Positions 29,981-41,206 are shown, numbered from the stretch's first letter. The stretch is 64,000 nucleotides of DNA from Candidatus Ozemobacteraceae bacterium (GCA_965140445.1 OZ223236.1:3424001-3488000); one strand, 5' to 3'. The notes: a model not told the origin generated them from the sequence alone. A program made the numbers and translations.

Positions 29981-30535
29981 TTAGGAGGCTCTAGCCCAAA
30001 GACGAAGGGTTTCGATTGAACAGACCGCCAAGCCGGAAAGAAACTGCTTGTCATTAATTTCGCCCGTTTTGAAAAGAGAAAATAGGTAAGTTAGTTTCTT
30101 GGAATTTATGTATATTTTCCTAGTCAAAGGAATTAAACTACTTGCTCCTTCAGTGATTTGATGAAACCTAGAATGATATTTATTCGGAACAAGGACTTTT
30201 TTGAATTTGACTATAGGGTAACCATCAATTGGTGGATTAAAAATAGCAGGAAACATTGCAAGGAAAATTGAGGAATGAAAAGCCACATCATCTAATTGAA
30301 TGTAATAGTCTACAAAGAAATCGACTTCATCAAAATCATCAATTGTTGGGTCTTCAATTAAAGAAACAATTTGTTTGGAACCACCAAGGATTTCTTCAAA
30401 ATTTCTAATCCCTTCGCGAACCCAAGCCTTTTTGGGCGCGTAGAAATTAATGGAGTTAAAAACATCAAGTGCAGTAGGATCCTTTTGTGCACTTGTATGA
30501 AATGATTCAATTAGTTTTTTTATCGGATTTTTCAT
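29981..30535 (-). CDS. Hypothetical protein
   Basis: Start directly after the cassette GTT with AGGA RBS. Confidence 0.65.
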   Translation of the reverse strand: MKNPIKKLIESFHTSAQKDPTALDVFNSINFYAPKKAWVREGIRNFEEILGGSKQIVSLIEDPTIDDFDEVDFFVDYYIQLDDVAFHSSIFLAMFPAIFNPPIDGYPIVKFKKVLVPNKYHSRFHQITEGASSLIPLTRKIYINSKKLTYLFSLFKTGEINDKQFLSGLAVCSIETLRLWARAS

Positions 30536-30650
30536 TTTCCTATCGGTCTAACGTCAGTCGTGACCGGAAAAACGAGACGGGCGCGGGGGTTGCGTAAGCA
30601 AGACCCGTGATCCGGCCGGTTTTTCCGCGTCGACGCACTTGTTAGAAGCT

Positions 30651-31115
30651 TCATATTGTAAATCTCTTTAAATAAAGATAATAAATCTGATTTTCTTTAA
30701 TAATATAGATTTCTACGTAATGCCCTTGTAAGATTCCGATTTTTGAGAAAACTAGATTTTCAAAATTAGTATTCCACCATCCACACCGGTCATTTGCAAA
30801 ATCTTTTGGAAAATCTTTGTAATAGTTGATTTCATCGAGATTTTTTATGAATTCTTCTTTCCCATTTTCGGTTAATTGAATTTTTGCAAAAAACATTGGA
30901 TCGATAGGAGGAAAATACTTGTATGCAATGCCAATTGAGTCTAAAGGAATTTTAAAATTTGATTCTTCTTTTATTTCTGCAATAATTTCTTTTGAATGTT
31001 CTTTGCCTAAATATTCAAATGTTCTTGAATGATGATCTGTAAGGCTAACCGCCAATAAAACTAACAGCAAAATAGGATAAAATGGGGCCAAAATTGGAAA
31101 AATAAAAGATTTCAT
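30651..31115 (-). CDS. Hypothetical membrane-anchored protein
   Basis: Second gene of a two-gene cassette. Confidence 0.65.
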   Translation of the reverse strand: MKSFIFPILAPFYPILLLVLLAVSLTDHHSRTFEYLGKEHSKEIIAEIKEESNFKIPLDSIGIAYKYFPPIDPMFFAKIQLTENGKEEFIKNLDEINYYKDFPKDFANDRCGWWNTNFENLVFSKIGILQGHYVEIYIIKENQIYYLYLKRFTI

Positions 31116-31184
31116 TACTCTCTCAACAATTTTACCTTTATGTATTTAATTTTTTATCTAAACTTATGTTCGTTTTATTGAGCT

Positions 31185-31403
31185 TTAATTCTTATTGGAT
31201 TGAATTTCAATAATTTCTGAAACAACTCTTGTACCACATTTGGAGCACTTGCCTTCAACAAACAACTTTGAATTTTGTTCATATTCGATAGGCTCTGTTA
31301 AGCCAAGGTCTGCTTCTTTACAATTTTCACACCAAGTATTCTCAATCAGCAATTGCCTATCATTTTCGTCGCGTCTGAAAAAGTCTTTTTGTGTTTTTTT
31401 CAT
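31185..31403 (-). CDS. Small zinc-ribbon protein
   Basis: TWCENC...GKCSKCG. Confidence 0.7.
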   Translation of the reverse strand: MKKTQKDFFRRDENDRQLLIENTWCENCKEADLGLTEPIEYEQNSKLFVEGKCSKCGTRVVSEIIEIQSNKN

Positions 31404-31529
31404 TTCAATTTGCTTCTAACGCTAGTCGTGACCGGAAAAACGAGACGGGCGCGGGTGTTGCGCAAGCAAGACCCGTGATCCGGCCGGTTTTTCCGTGTCG
31501 ACGCACTTGTTAGGCCTTCAAATTTAATT

Positions 31530-31871
31530 TTATTCATATTTTGAAAAATCAGCCTCTTCTTTTTCAAATTCTCCACTTTCGATCAATGCTTTTTCAATTT
31601 CTAAAATGGCTATTTGATTTGTTTCTGCAATAATAAATACTTCTCCATAGGAATCTGATGAAATTTCAAATTCTCCGAATTGACTATTCATATTATAAAT
31701 AAACTCATCATTCATCCAACAATCTTCTTTTGAAATGGTTTTGCAATTGAGTTTTTTTAAGGCATTTTTTAAGGCAATTACCATTTCATCTGAACCAGAA
31801 CCCCTCAAAAATTCAATAAGCAGGTTTTTGGATTTATATCCTGGTCGAGTTCTAAAGGAAAACACGTACAC
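31530..31871 (-). CDS. Hypothetical protein
   Basis: ORF fills the cassette. Confidence 0.6.
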   Translation of the reverse strand: MYVFSFRTRPGYKSKNLLIEFLRGSGSDEMVIALKNALKKLNCKTISKEDCWMNDEFIYNMNSQFGEFEISSDSYGEVFIIAETNQIAILEIEKALIESGEFEKEEADFSKYE

Positions 31872-32062
31872 TCCTGTAGCTACTGCATTTCTTTCTTATT
31901 TTTATTCTTTTTTTATTTTTGGCCTAACGTCGGTCGTGACCGGACGCCGAGCGGCGCCTTCGGCAAGCGAGGGAATCGGTGCTGGCGAAAAAGTTGCCGG
32001 TTTTTCGCAACTTTTTTTGCCAGTATCGACGTTCCGTGTCGACGCACTTGTTAGGCATCAGT

Positions 32063-32374
32063 TTAATCATATTCAGTAAAATTAATGTCATAGCCATAAG
32101 GATTTTCTTCTGGCATTTGAATTGGCTCACTAGCATACAGTTCAATCTTTCCATCCACAAAAAAACCGATTTGTTCCCCAATAACCTGAATCATATCAAA
32201 AGCTTCATCTTCATCAGCAGCCCAAACCTTCATGCCCATCACTGCTCTTCCTGGTCGACATTTAAATCCTTCTTTTAGTTCTCTTGCTTCACCATCAGCT
32301 AGTAAGGTGAAATGTTTTAATTCATTTATTTCTTTATTATTTTTTATTTTTAGATTTTTGTTTTCAGAATTCAT
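32063..32374 (-). CDS. Hypothetical protein
   Basis: ORF fills the cassette. Confidence 0.65.
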   Translation of the reverse strand: MNSENKNLKIKNNKEINELKHFTLLADGEARELKEGFKCRPGRAVMGMKVWAADEDEAFDMIQVIGEQIGFFVDGKIELYASEPIQMPEENPYGYDINFTEYD

Positions 32375-32565
32375 TATTTATTAGATGCCTAACGTCTGTC
32401 GTGACCGGACGCCGAATGACGCCATCGGCAAATGAGGGAATCGGGACTGGCGAAAAAGTTGCAGGACTTTGTGCAACTTTTTTGATCAGGACCGACGTTC
32501 CGAGTCGACGCGCTTGTTATGTGTATTTTTAAATCATTTCTGAACATAATATTCATTTTACTCCA

Positions 32566-33474
32566 TTACGGTAAAATAGTAGGTGTACCTGTTGCAAACT
32601 TAAGCTGATCTCCTTGTCTTAGAAAAATTGCATCAAAACCATATCCTTCATGCCTTGGTTCCCACTTCTGTTCTAATGCGTATTTTAAATTTTCTAATGC
32701 ATAGTCGGGAACGATATAGTACCGCTCACCCCAAAAAATTCTTTTGAGTTTTAATGGGGCCCTATTTAGAGATATCGTCCATGACATTAAATTCCAAGGA
32801 ATTAAGTAGTAGGAGTTGCCATTTCGATAGTAAAATCCACCGTGACTGAAAGGTTCACCAACAGGTCGTAACCCACCAAAAATGGTTTGAGAACTACCGA
32901 GAAATTTTGCTCCATCAATTTCTAGGACTTCATCGTGACAATACACCCAATGCCAGTGATAAATTCCACCATATGAACAGTTCAAATATGGTGTGAGACA
33001 ACATGGAACAGCAAAAGGGCCGTAAAAAACAAGCAGAATCAAAATGATTCGTTTAAACCATTTCTTCGTTTTTGAAAATGGATCTTTGTAGGCATTTGGG
33101 AAAGAAATCTTTTGAATATCCCCATTCAAAATTTGAGGTGGTATTGTTCTCGTGTCGAGCTGAATGCCTTTTAATTTTGCAGTTTTAATTATCCCAGGCA
33201 GTATACCATTTTCGTAGAGAAAACTTAGTAATACAAGATGCTTATATCCTTCTTGAGAACACTTCTCCAGCAATTCACTTACCAAAGTTTCAGAAACACC
33301 CGAGTCAATAGGGCAAACAAAAATTAAATTTTTATCTTTTGAACCATGAAAATCGCTTTGTTTCTGAATTTTATCTGCTCCAAATGCTTGCAAAACTAGT
33401 TCGACAAAACGATCAGCACTGACCTGTGATTTTAAATTGATATTTGAACTATCTTCTCTTAAATTGTCTTTCAT
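32566..33474 (-). CDS. Possibly chimeric membrane protein
   Basis: N-terminal half resembles the accessory C-terminal region of some DNA methyltransferases; then a TM helix and an aromatic-rich domain. Confidence 0.6.
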   Translation of the reverse strand: MKDNLREDSSNINLKSQVSADRFVELVLQAFGADKIQKQSDFHGSKDKNLIFVCPIDSGVSETLVSELLEKCSQEGYKHLVLLSFLYENGILPGIIKTAKLKGIQLDTRTIPPQILNGDIQKISFPNAYKDPFSKTKKWFKRIILILLVFYGPFAVPCCLTPYLNCSYGGIYHWHWVYCHDEVLEIDGAKFLGSSQTIFGGLRPVGEPFSHGGFYYRNGNSYYLIPWNLMSWTISLNRAPLKLKRIFWGERYYIVPDYALENLKYALEQKWEPRHEGYGFDAIFLRQGDQLKFATGTPTILP

Positions 33475-33851
33475 TTTTTCTTAAATGTTAAATTTATGAA
33501 ACCCCGTATAGACAGACAAAAACTCACACTTCTTTAGATTTCTATTCAAATTACATAACGCCAGTCGTGACCGGAAAAACGAGACGGGCGCGGGTGTTGC
33601 GCAAGCAAGCCCCGTGATCCGGCCGATTTTTCCGCGTCGACGCACTTGTTAGAGATGATTTTTTTATTTTTTTTCACAAGCTTTTTAAACATCCCCATAT
33701 TTTGGTTCATACTTATTATACATTTCGACATTAATTTTGTATTCGCTGGCTCTGAGAAAGCAATACAGAAGCATAATGGCATAAAAATTGTCTTGGTATC
33801 TGCTTAAATTTTTTGCAATTTTTATGAGCAGAGCAGCAACAATTTGCTAAC

Positions 33852-34271
33852 CTATTTTTTTTTATCAGACCTATATGGTTGAAAATCTTTGATGCCCCGA
33901 CGCAAAGCATTAAAGGCAAAGGGTTTAAATTTAAAACTAACTTTATAAAAAGGTTTTTTATCTTCATATAAAGTTCCAATTTGAGAATCTACTCCAAGTA
34001 TTAGTTTGGGTGCATCTTCTTTGGAAAGTTCATCTAGTCTCTCTAACAATTTTTCAAACCGAACTTCTTGGCCATCCTGATTTTGTTGCAAGCCAACAAT
34101 AATATGTTCAAGCTTGTCTTGCATCTCTTTGTTGTTGTTATCAGCAATAGCTTCTTTTAGCTTATCAATACCAAGCTGATTATAACTCTTATAAAATTCT
34201 CTGGCAGCCATTAGTAAAGTTGTTAAATCTGCACCATGTGCTAGTAATAGTTTTAAAGTATGAAAATCCAT
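33852..34271 (-). CDS. Hypothetical protein
   Basis: ORF between cassette start and module A. Confidence 0.65.
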   Translation of the reverse strand: MDFHTLKLLLAHGADLTTLLMAAREFYKSYNQLGIDKLKEAIADNNNKEMQDKLEHIIVGLQQNQDGQEVRFEKLLERLDELSKEDAPKLILGVDSQIGTLYEDKKPFYKVSFKFKPFAFNALRRGIKDFQPYRSDKKK

Positions 34272-34623
34272 CTCAGCAATCCTTTTTCATTTTCTTATCT
34301 CTAACGTCGAATGTTGAGTGGAAATGGCACTGGGAATAGGGGTTGCGTTAGCAAGACCTGTAATCCGGCCGATTTTTCGGCGTCGACGCACTTGTTAGAG
34401 ATATTTTTTATTATAAGTTTTATGTTGAAACGTTCAATATTTTAGTTCAAGCGAATTAAACATTTCGCCATTTATTTCGTATTTGCTGCCTCCAGAAAAG
34501 CACTCCAGAATCATAATGGCATAAAAATTGTCCAGGTAACTGTCTAAATTTTTGCAATTTTTATGAGCAGAGCTGAAGATGATCTGTAAAGCTATTGTAA
34601 TAAAGTCAAAACTTCATCAGGAT

Positions 34624-35139
34624 TTAAAATTTTACCTGCTCCAATCTCCAATAATCTTGAATATTTACTTTCTTTGTAAAATTTTTATCTGTAGTCAAAA
34701 AAATATCATTTTTATAATGTATGTGGCTCCAAAGAGAATGTGCGTCACAAACTCGATTTAACCACTTATAGCCCTCTTTTGAATTAATGCCAACATCAGA
34801 TATTTCGATTTGTTTAAAGTTTTCAAAGAGGATGCTATAAATTTTATCTGCCAAGGATTTCATTGCATCATCAGCAAAAATGCTTCTATCAAAAAAGGAC
34901 ACATCAAACAAAATCATTGGGTTAAGTCTTGTAAGCTTTTCAATCTGCAGCTTTTGTAGAAATTTTTCAAACAAATCATATCTGTCTGGACGAATCCCTT
35001 GTTTTAGTAGTTCTGATGCGCCAATATTTACAACAAAACAACTACAGCTTTTATTATTTAGAATTTTTCTAATTAAATTCCCTTCCTTCGTTTCCCTCTC
35101 TAAATGAATAAGACAATTGTGGTCCAAAGTTATCTTCAT
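34624..35139 (-). CDS. PIN-domain-like protein
   Basis: ITLDHNCL...SE...DAHSL...DIFLTTDKNF acidic motif pattern; GAGG RBS. Confidence 0.6.
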   Translation of the reverse strand: MKITLDHNCLIHLERETKEGNLIRKILNNKSCSCFVVNIGASELLKQGIRPDRYDLFEKFLQKLQIEKLTRLNPMILFDVSFFDRSIFADDAMKSLADKIYSILFENFKQIEISDVGINSKEGYKWLNRVCDAHSLWSHIHYKNDIFLTTDKNFTKKVNIQDYWRLEQVKF

Positions 35140-35401
35140 ACTTTATCCTCTAATTTATTATTAATTTCTTGATGAAAGTTATTCATTTTTCCTCTTTTAT
35201 CTCTAACGCTAGTCGTGACCGGACGCCGAGCGGCGCCATCGGCAAGCGAGGGAATCGGAGCTGGCGCAAAAGTTGCGATTTTTTCGCAACTTTTTGTGAC
35301 AGCTTCGACGTTCCGTGTCGACGCACTTGTTATCACAGTAAAATTTAATTTTATCTTTTTAATCAAGACTTTTTTCTCTCCATATTTTGGTGGATACAAA
35401 A

Positions 35402-35872
35402 CTAAAAATGCACATATACTGGTAGGTTATGCAAATGGAATAAACAGCCCATAATGACCAAAACCATGAGTGTTTCAATTATTGCAATTACGATTATTAA
35501 TATTTTTGCATTTTTGGACTGCATTTTTTTTTGAAAAAACCATAGTGAAATCAAAAGCATAACCATTATTGCGAAAGATAGTATTGGATGACCGACTATT
35601 GTTATGCAAAATTGCCAAATCATTGCAGACAGAGGGCGATATTCTTGAAGATATGTTTCTTCTGGCGTTGACCAAATGCCTGAAATGAAAGGCTCAACCT
35701 GACCGTAAAAGAAAACTTCAAAAGACGACGTAATCAATGTCCAAATGCAAAGTGCAACAAAACCAATTGAATGGCCTTTTGAAGGCTTATTTTTACCCTT
35801 TGCTAAATCAATTTTGGGAACATCTATTGAAGATTCGACTTTATTATTTATCTCTGATGATTTCTCCCTCAT
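35402..35872 (-). CDS. Membrane protein
   Basis: 3 hydrophobic segments. Confidence 0.65.
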   Translation of the reverse strand: MREKSSEINNKVESSIDVPKIDLAKGKNKPSKGHSIGFVALCIWTLITSSFEVFFYGQVEPFISGIWSTPEETYLQEYRPLSAMIWQFCITIVGHPILSFAIMVMLLISLWFFQKKMQSKNAKILIIVIAIIETLMVLVIMGCLFHLHNLPVYVHF

Positions 35873-36265
35873 CGTCTCAATCCCTCTTTATATGACCCAA
35901 TTGCCTACGTTACTGCCAATACATCAAATTGAACAAATTGTTCGATTGTCTTGTTATCTTTTTCTTCATTTGCGATAACGCTTGTCGTGACCGGAAAAAC
36001 GAGACGGGCGCGGGTGTTGCGTAAGCAAGACCCGTGATCCGGCCGGTTTTTCCGCGTCGACGCACTTGTTAGAGATTATTTTTTTTATTTTTATCATAAT
36101 TTTTAGATGGAAACATTCAATATTTTGGTTCAAGCGAATTAAACATTTCGATATTATTTTTGTATTTACTGGCCCCGGAAAAGCACCACAGAATCACGAT
36201 GGCATAAAAATTGTCCAGGTATCTGACTAAATTTTTGCAATTTTTATGAGCAGGGCAGGTGCTTT

Positions 36266-36742
36266 CTAAATACAATTTGATTTGATTGAGACTGTAGAAT
36301 TGGAATCTTTCAATCTACAATTTAATTCAAAAAGAGCCACTCGATTGGAATCCCAAGAAAGCTCTGAAAAAGCTTGCTCAAATGTTAACCACTTAAACTT
36401 AAAATGCTCCTTTGATAACTTAATTTCAGCTCCTGAGACATGCACAGCAAAGCAATGTTCTGTTATAACATAAACATTGTCTGGCCAGAGGGCATTGGGA
36501 AAAGCTGACCTTGGTAGGGAAGCCTTTGAATCAAGCTCAAGCCATTTTTCATCTGGTAATTGAATAGCTGCTTCTTCAAAAGTTTCCCTTTTAGCAGCTT
36601 CAAATATAGACTCGTCATCTTCGCCGCCACCAGCAATGAATTGGCACATTTTTGGTTCTGAACGGTAGAAAACAGCAAATTCAGGTTGATTGTAATTTAA
36701 TCGGTAAGGAATGATTAAGGTATTAAATTCTGCTCTAGCCAT
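36266..36742 (-). CDS. Nudix hydrolase (NudB/dATP pyrophosphohydrolase-like)
   Basis: Nudix box GGGEDDESIFEAAKRETFEEAAI; LSKEH..FKW. Confidence 0.85.
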   Translation of the reverse strand: MARAEFNTLIIPYRLNYNQPEFAVFYRSEPKMCQFIAGGGEDDESIFEAAKRETFEEAAIQLPDEKWLELDSKASLPRSAFPNALWPDNVYVITEHCFAVHVSGAEIKLSKEHFKFKWLTFEQAFSELSWDSNRVALFELNCRLKDSNSTVSIKSNCI

Positions 36743-36765
36743 ATTCTATCTCTACTTTTGATTTT

Positions 36766-36820
36766 CTCTAACGATAGTCGTGACCAGCATCGATGTTCCG
36801 TGTCGACGTACTTGTTAGAC
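36766..36820 (-). repeat. Minimal attC (55 bp)
   Basis: Family II arms with the centre deleted. Confidence 0.8.
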
Positions 36821-36837
36821 ATATGTTGCTATTCATT

Positions 36838-37218
36838 TTATCTCCATATTGCTGGATCACCAAGACACCATAGACACGCAGGATTAATCCAAAACATTGG
36901 GAACTTTATTTGCTCAAGATTAAGAACAAAATATACTGGAATAATTATGAAGAACATTAAAAACCTAAAGTAAGTTCCCCTGTATCCCAAAGCTCCATTT
37001 GTCATACTTTTCCCATTCAATTCTTGATCTTTAGGTTTCAAGTATAGAGCCATTGCAATGATGAAACAAAAAATACCAAGTAAATCCCCAAAGGAGCCAT
37101 GAAGAAAATCAAATACTGCATCGGGTTCAAGATGATAATAAAATGGATATCTAAAATGCGTCTTCAAACAATAAATTGAAAGACACATTGAGATTGTAAA
37201 TAAAATTTTTGCAAACAA
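36838..37218 (-). CDS. Membrane protein
   Basis: Hydrophobic ORF filling the cassette. Confidence 0.55.
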   Translation of the reverse strand: MFAKILFTISMCLSIYCLKTHFRYPFYYHLEPDAVFDFLHGSFGDLLGIFCFIIAMALYLKPKDQELNGKSMTNGALGYRGTYFRFLMFFIIIPVYFVLNLEQIKFPMFWINPACLWCLGDPAIWR

Positions 37219-37382
37219 ATATCTTCTTATTTGAATAACCCTCTAGTAAAAATCATCAGCACATTTCATTTTTATCTCTAACGCCAGTCGTGACCGGAAA
37301 AACGAGACGGGCGCGGGTGTTGCGCAAGCAAGACCCGTGATCCGGCCGGTTTTTCCGCGTCGACGCACTTGTTAGGCACTCT

Positions 37383-38012
37383 CTAAATTTTAGATAAGAA
37401 ATTAATAATCTTCGCAAATCTAGACTCTTCATATGGAAACTTTTTAATTGGTGGCTTTGTCGTCGAAAATTTGAATGTTGAAATATTGTTTGTTTCTTGG
37501 TTTTCTACAATATAATATGAATTATTGCACCGGATGTTTGCTATTCTACCCTGTGACTTGCCAAATAAAGAGCGCAATTCAAACAAAAATTCTTTAGCGA
37601 AAGTCGCCAATTCTTTTTTTTCATTATTGTTTTCATATTTAATCCATTTACAATCATTCTCCTCTTCTATGATTATAATTGGGTTTTCTTCGCAAAATTC
37701 ATAACAGATAAAAAGAAAGCCAACGATATTGACAATCGCGTCCTTGCCTGAACATAAATAAACTAAGAAAAGGGCCATCAAACTAGCCCTTAAGCCAAGC
37801 TGATCTTGTTCATTTAGATCTAAAAAATATGCTTTTATCTTCAAAATTTCCTCTGGTAGCGTAAAAAACGCTTTGCCTCGATAAAATGTTAGCCAAAAAT
37901 CTTCTCTATTATTAATTTTTGCTTCAAACTTTGGAAACTCAAATTCTCGCGTACCAGAATCGGGAAACTCATGTTTTACCTGAACAATAGGCAAATTTGA
38001 CTTAGTTTTCAC
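37383..38012 (-). CDS. Hypothetical protein
   Basis: ORF fills the cassette. Confidence 0.65.
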   Translation of the reverse strand: MKTKSNLPIVQVKHEFPDSGTREFEFPKFEAKINNREDFWLTFYRGKAFFTLPEEILKIKAYFLDLNEQDQLGLRASLMALFLVYLCSGKDAIVNIVGFLFICYEFCEENPIIIIEEENDCKWIKYENNNEKKELATFAKEFLFELRSLFGKSQGRIANIRCNNSYYIVENQETNNISTFKFSTTKPPIKKFPYEESRFAKIINFLSKI

Positions 38013-38147
38013 TTGCTACCCTGGTTTTCAATTTATTTTATTGTGCCTAACGTCTGTCGTGACCGGAAAAACGAGACGGGCGCGGGTGTTGCGTCAGCAA
38101 GACCCGTGATCCGGCCGGTTTTTCCGCGTCGACGCGATTGTTAGGCC

Positions 38148-38648
38148 TCATTTTATAATTCTTGTTTTCATGGTTGCTAAGTCTTCAATAACTATGAAAC
38201 CCAATAATTCGCCGGCAACGGTACCCCCAACAAGTTCAACGTCGCTCTCAAATCGTAGCGGGAAAACCTCTGACGCAGAGGTCTTGCCAAGTCGCGCGTA
38301 ACTAGCCTCAATTTGTCTAGGTTCAGGGGTAATAATACCATACCAAAATGAAACTTGCCCTTCGCGAACAACAACAGCAGGTTGAATTGTCCCTAGATCA
38401 AATTCTCCATTAACCGGGGGCGTTAAATAGCCACATAAATGGGTACCGTCTGCCAGCCAAATGTTTGCACGAACAATAAACATCCTTTCGCAAGCATTTA
38501 GTGGTAAATCTGACTCATAAGGTCGAACAGTTGCCTCATCTTGCCTTTCTTCGCCTTCTTCGTCGATTGCAAACTCCCAAATTGGGTGAAGATTAAGATC
38601 TTCTGGGGTAATCTCATAAACTTGCTTTCGAATCCCCATTTCTTTCAT
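38148..38648 (-). CDS. Hypothetical protein
   Basis: ORF fills the cassette; PIWEFAIDEEG..QDEATVRP. Confidence 0.7.
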   Translation of the reverse strand: MKEMGIRKQVYEITPEDLNLHPIWEFAIDEEGEERQDEATVRPYESDLPLNACERMFIVRANIWLADGTHLCGYLTPPVNGEFDLGTIQPAVVVREGQVSFWYGIITPEPRQIEASYARLGKTSASEVFPLRFESDVELVGGTVAGELLGFIVIEDLATMKTRIIK

Positions 38649-38833
38649 CTTTTCTTTTAAATCCCCTTTTGATTAATTACTATTTTTCTTTTAAATTTTT
38701 AAAGGCCTAACGCCTGTCGTGACCGGACGCCGAATGACGCCATCGGCAAATGAGGGAATCGGGACTGGCGAAAAAGTTGCAGGATTTTGTGCAACTTTTT
38801 TGATCAGGACCGACGTTCCGAGTCGACGCGCTT

Positions 38834-39144
38834 GTTATATTTGCATTTATTTTAATATTAATTTTAATCCTCACGTAAATTTGATTGTATCATAAGCCTA
38901 TAAAGCTCTGACAGCCTCAATTTAATCTGTAAAAACTATAGTTTCAAAAACACAAAGCCAGGAAGCGTTGGCGCGGACTTTGCTTCTCCCGGAAGTCAGA
39001 AAAGCACGTGACAGAAGCTTGCTGGCAGCCAATTAGCACAACAAACACAATTTCATTGTTTTAAATAAAAATAACCCCTGTTAAACCGCTCACAATCAAA
39101 TCATCTCTTATTAACTTTTTAGTATCAATTTAGGCAAATATAAC
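38834..39144. ncRNA. Module C ORF-less cassette (candidate structured RNA/ssDNA), distal copy
   Basis: No ORF of 60 aa or more; near-identical to 52279-52590; nested inverted repeats. Confidence 0.5.
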
Positions 39145-39260
39145 GTCGGTCGTGACCGGAAAAACGAGACGGGCGCGGGTGTTGCGCAAGCAAGAGCCGT
39201 GATCCGGCCGGTTTTTCCGCGTCGACGCACTTGTTAGATTGCTATTAAGCATTTAATTTT

Positions 39261-39938
39261 TTACCTATTTTTTTCTATTACGTGAAGTTCTCCAATAAAC
39301 GGGTATTCTGAAAACTTCGAGATTAGAGTCGTCGTTATTACAACTTCTCCAGTATTTTCAGCAGACATAGACAGCTTTGCAATTGGAATACTAAGTAGTG
39401 TTGAATAAAGCCATACTACCTGGAAGCTTTCATTCGAAGAAACGCTTCTACTATGTATCCAGAATAGACCCAACATTGTAATCGGAGAAGTTAGAATTTG
39501 ACACTCATAGGGTCCATTTTGCCTCCCCATCATAGGGTATTTTGCAGTTTTCCAATTTCCTTGCATAAAACAATTCTTCGGGATGAATAGGACTGGATAC
39601 GTTTCCGAACCAATTGGCGAACCTTGATAGTCAATCAAAAGCAATTTTGCCCATGGTGACGGAGGCCTAAAATTGCTCGTAACATATACAACTTCACCTC
39701 CACCAAATTGGTCATAAAAAAGCAATCTTTCATCATCAGCATCTTTAAAGCCAATATAACGATCTGTTGCTAATCCAGTGGGCTGTGATGATATTTCTGT
39801 CGAATTATGAATCTTGAAAGTTGTGTACCCAATTCGATCTTTATAAGTTCTATACCTAAATTCTGGATTTGCAGATATATCTGCAGCATCAGAAGTAAGC
39901 ATTGGTATTAACATCATTATCAATGATAACCCTAGCAA
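39261..39938 (-). CDS. Secreted hypothetical protein
   Basis: Signal-like N-terminus. Confidence 0.65.
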   Translation of the reverse strand: MLGLSLIMMLIPMLTSDAADISANPEFRYRTYKDRIGYTTFKIHNSTEISSQPTGLATDRYIGFKDADDERLLFYDQFGGGEVVYVTSNFRPPSPWAKLLLIDYQGSPIGSETYPVLFIPKNCFMQGNWKTAKYPMMGRQNGPYECQILTSPITMLGLFWIHSRSVSSNESFQVVWLYSTLLSIPIAKLSMSAENTGEVVITTTLISKFSEYPFIGELHVIEKNR

Positions 39939-40115
39939 GCATCGCTTGTGATTTTTAATCTGGATAAAAATAGTAACTCCTGAGTTTTTTATTTATGGCA
40001 ATCTAACGCCAGTCGTGACCGGAAAAACGAGACGGGCGCGGGTGTTGCGTAAGCAAGACCCGTGATCCGGCCGGTTTTTCCGCGTCGACGCACTTGTTAT
40101 ATGCCATATTTTTTT

Positions 40116-40811
40116 CTAAATTGTTATTTCTTCGCCCCAAGGCAAAATTACTCTCCCAATATAATTGGAGTCAATGTCTACTAAGACCTTAGATGTTTCA
40201 TGCGGTTTTTCTCGAATTTCGTATTCATCTCTCTTAATACATTCGCTATGATTAAATTTTTCAATTGTCAGCGAACCTTTAAAGGATTCAACAACATAAT
40301 ATTGATGAAAAGGAATCGTTGTTTTGTGGTCTGCTACAAGGATTCTTTGTTCGCCGATCTTAATTTCAAGAGTAAAAGGCAAAACGTTTAAAATCAAAAA
40401 ATTCTTTTCTTCACCACTCCAAAATGCATTTATGGCATCCAAGGCTGCCCCAATCTCTTTTTTGTGGTCTATCTCAAACATTTTTGGAAATCTCAATAAT
40501 CCCGCATATTTCTGTAGAAAATACAATTTTGGAACTCGTTTTGAAAAATATTCTACAAAGAACACTTCAATAACGCCGCCTTCGAATTCAAAGCCAATGT
40601 ATTCAAAGTAGTTGTCACTATAAGCAACTTCGAAAATGTTCTGTTTAGCTAGCTCAGAATTTCTTTGCTTGTTAAGAATATGACAATCTATTAGTGCCCT
40701 TAAGCCTTTTTTGCCAGCATTGAGAGCAATATATTCAAAGGTAGAATAGGCAAGCTGCTTTCTGACCTGAATGAAATTGTAATCATTGTCTTTGTTTGCC
40801 ATTTTTGTCAT
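40116..40811 (-). CDS. Hypothetical protein
   Basis: ORF fills the cassette. Confidence 0.65.
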   Translation of the reverse strand: MTKMANKDNDYNFIQVRKQLAYSTFEYIALNAGKKGLRALIDCHILNKQRNSELAKQNIFEVAYSDNYFEYIGFEFEGGVIEVFFVEYFSKRVPKLYFLQKYAGLLRFPKMFEIDHKKEIGAALDAINAFWSGEEKNFLILNVLPFTLEIKIGEQRILVADHKTTIPFHQYYVVESFKGSLTIEKFNHSECIKRDEYEIREKPHETSKVLVDIDSNYIGRVILPWGEEITI

Positions 40812-41206
40812 CTTGTTTTTAAAATAGATTTACTTTGGAAACACTTCAATCATTTTTAAGCAGAAAATTCCTTTGTTTTTTTTGGTTTTGGCATATAACG
40901 CCTGTCGTGACCGGACACCGAATGTGGGAATCGGAACTGGCGAAAAAGTTGCAGGATTTTGTGCAACTTTTTTGATCAGAACCGACGTTCCGAGTCGACG
41001 TACTTGTTAGAGATTCTCATTTTTTTATTTTTCTCACAAGATTTTGTAAACAACCCATATTCTGATTCATACTAATTATACATTTCAACATTAAATTTTA
41101 ATTAACTGGTTCTGAAAAAACCTCTCAATAATCAGAACGGCATAGAAATAGTTCAAGTTAAGGGGCGAATTGAGCAATTTTTATGAGCAAAGCTTAAATT
41201 AAACGA

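Noticed and set aside
33546..33979. Module A as a conserved small protein
   Set aside because: Open frames differ between copies and most copies stop after three codons.
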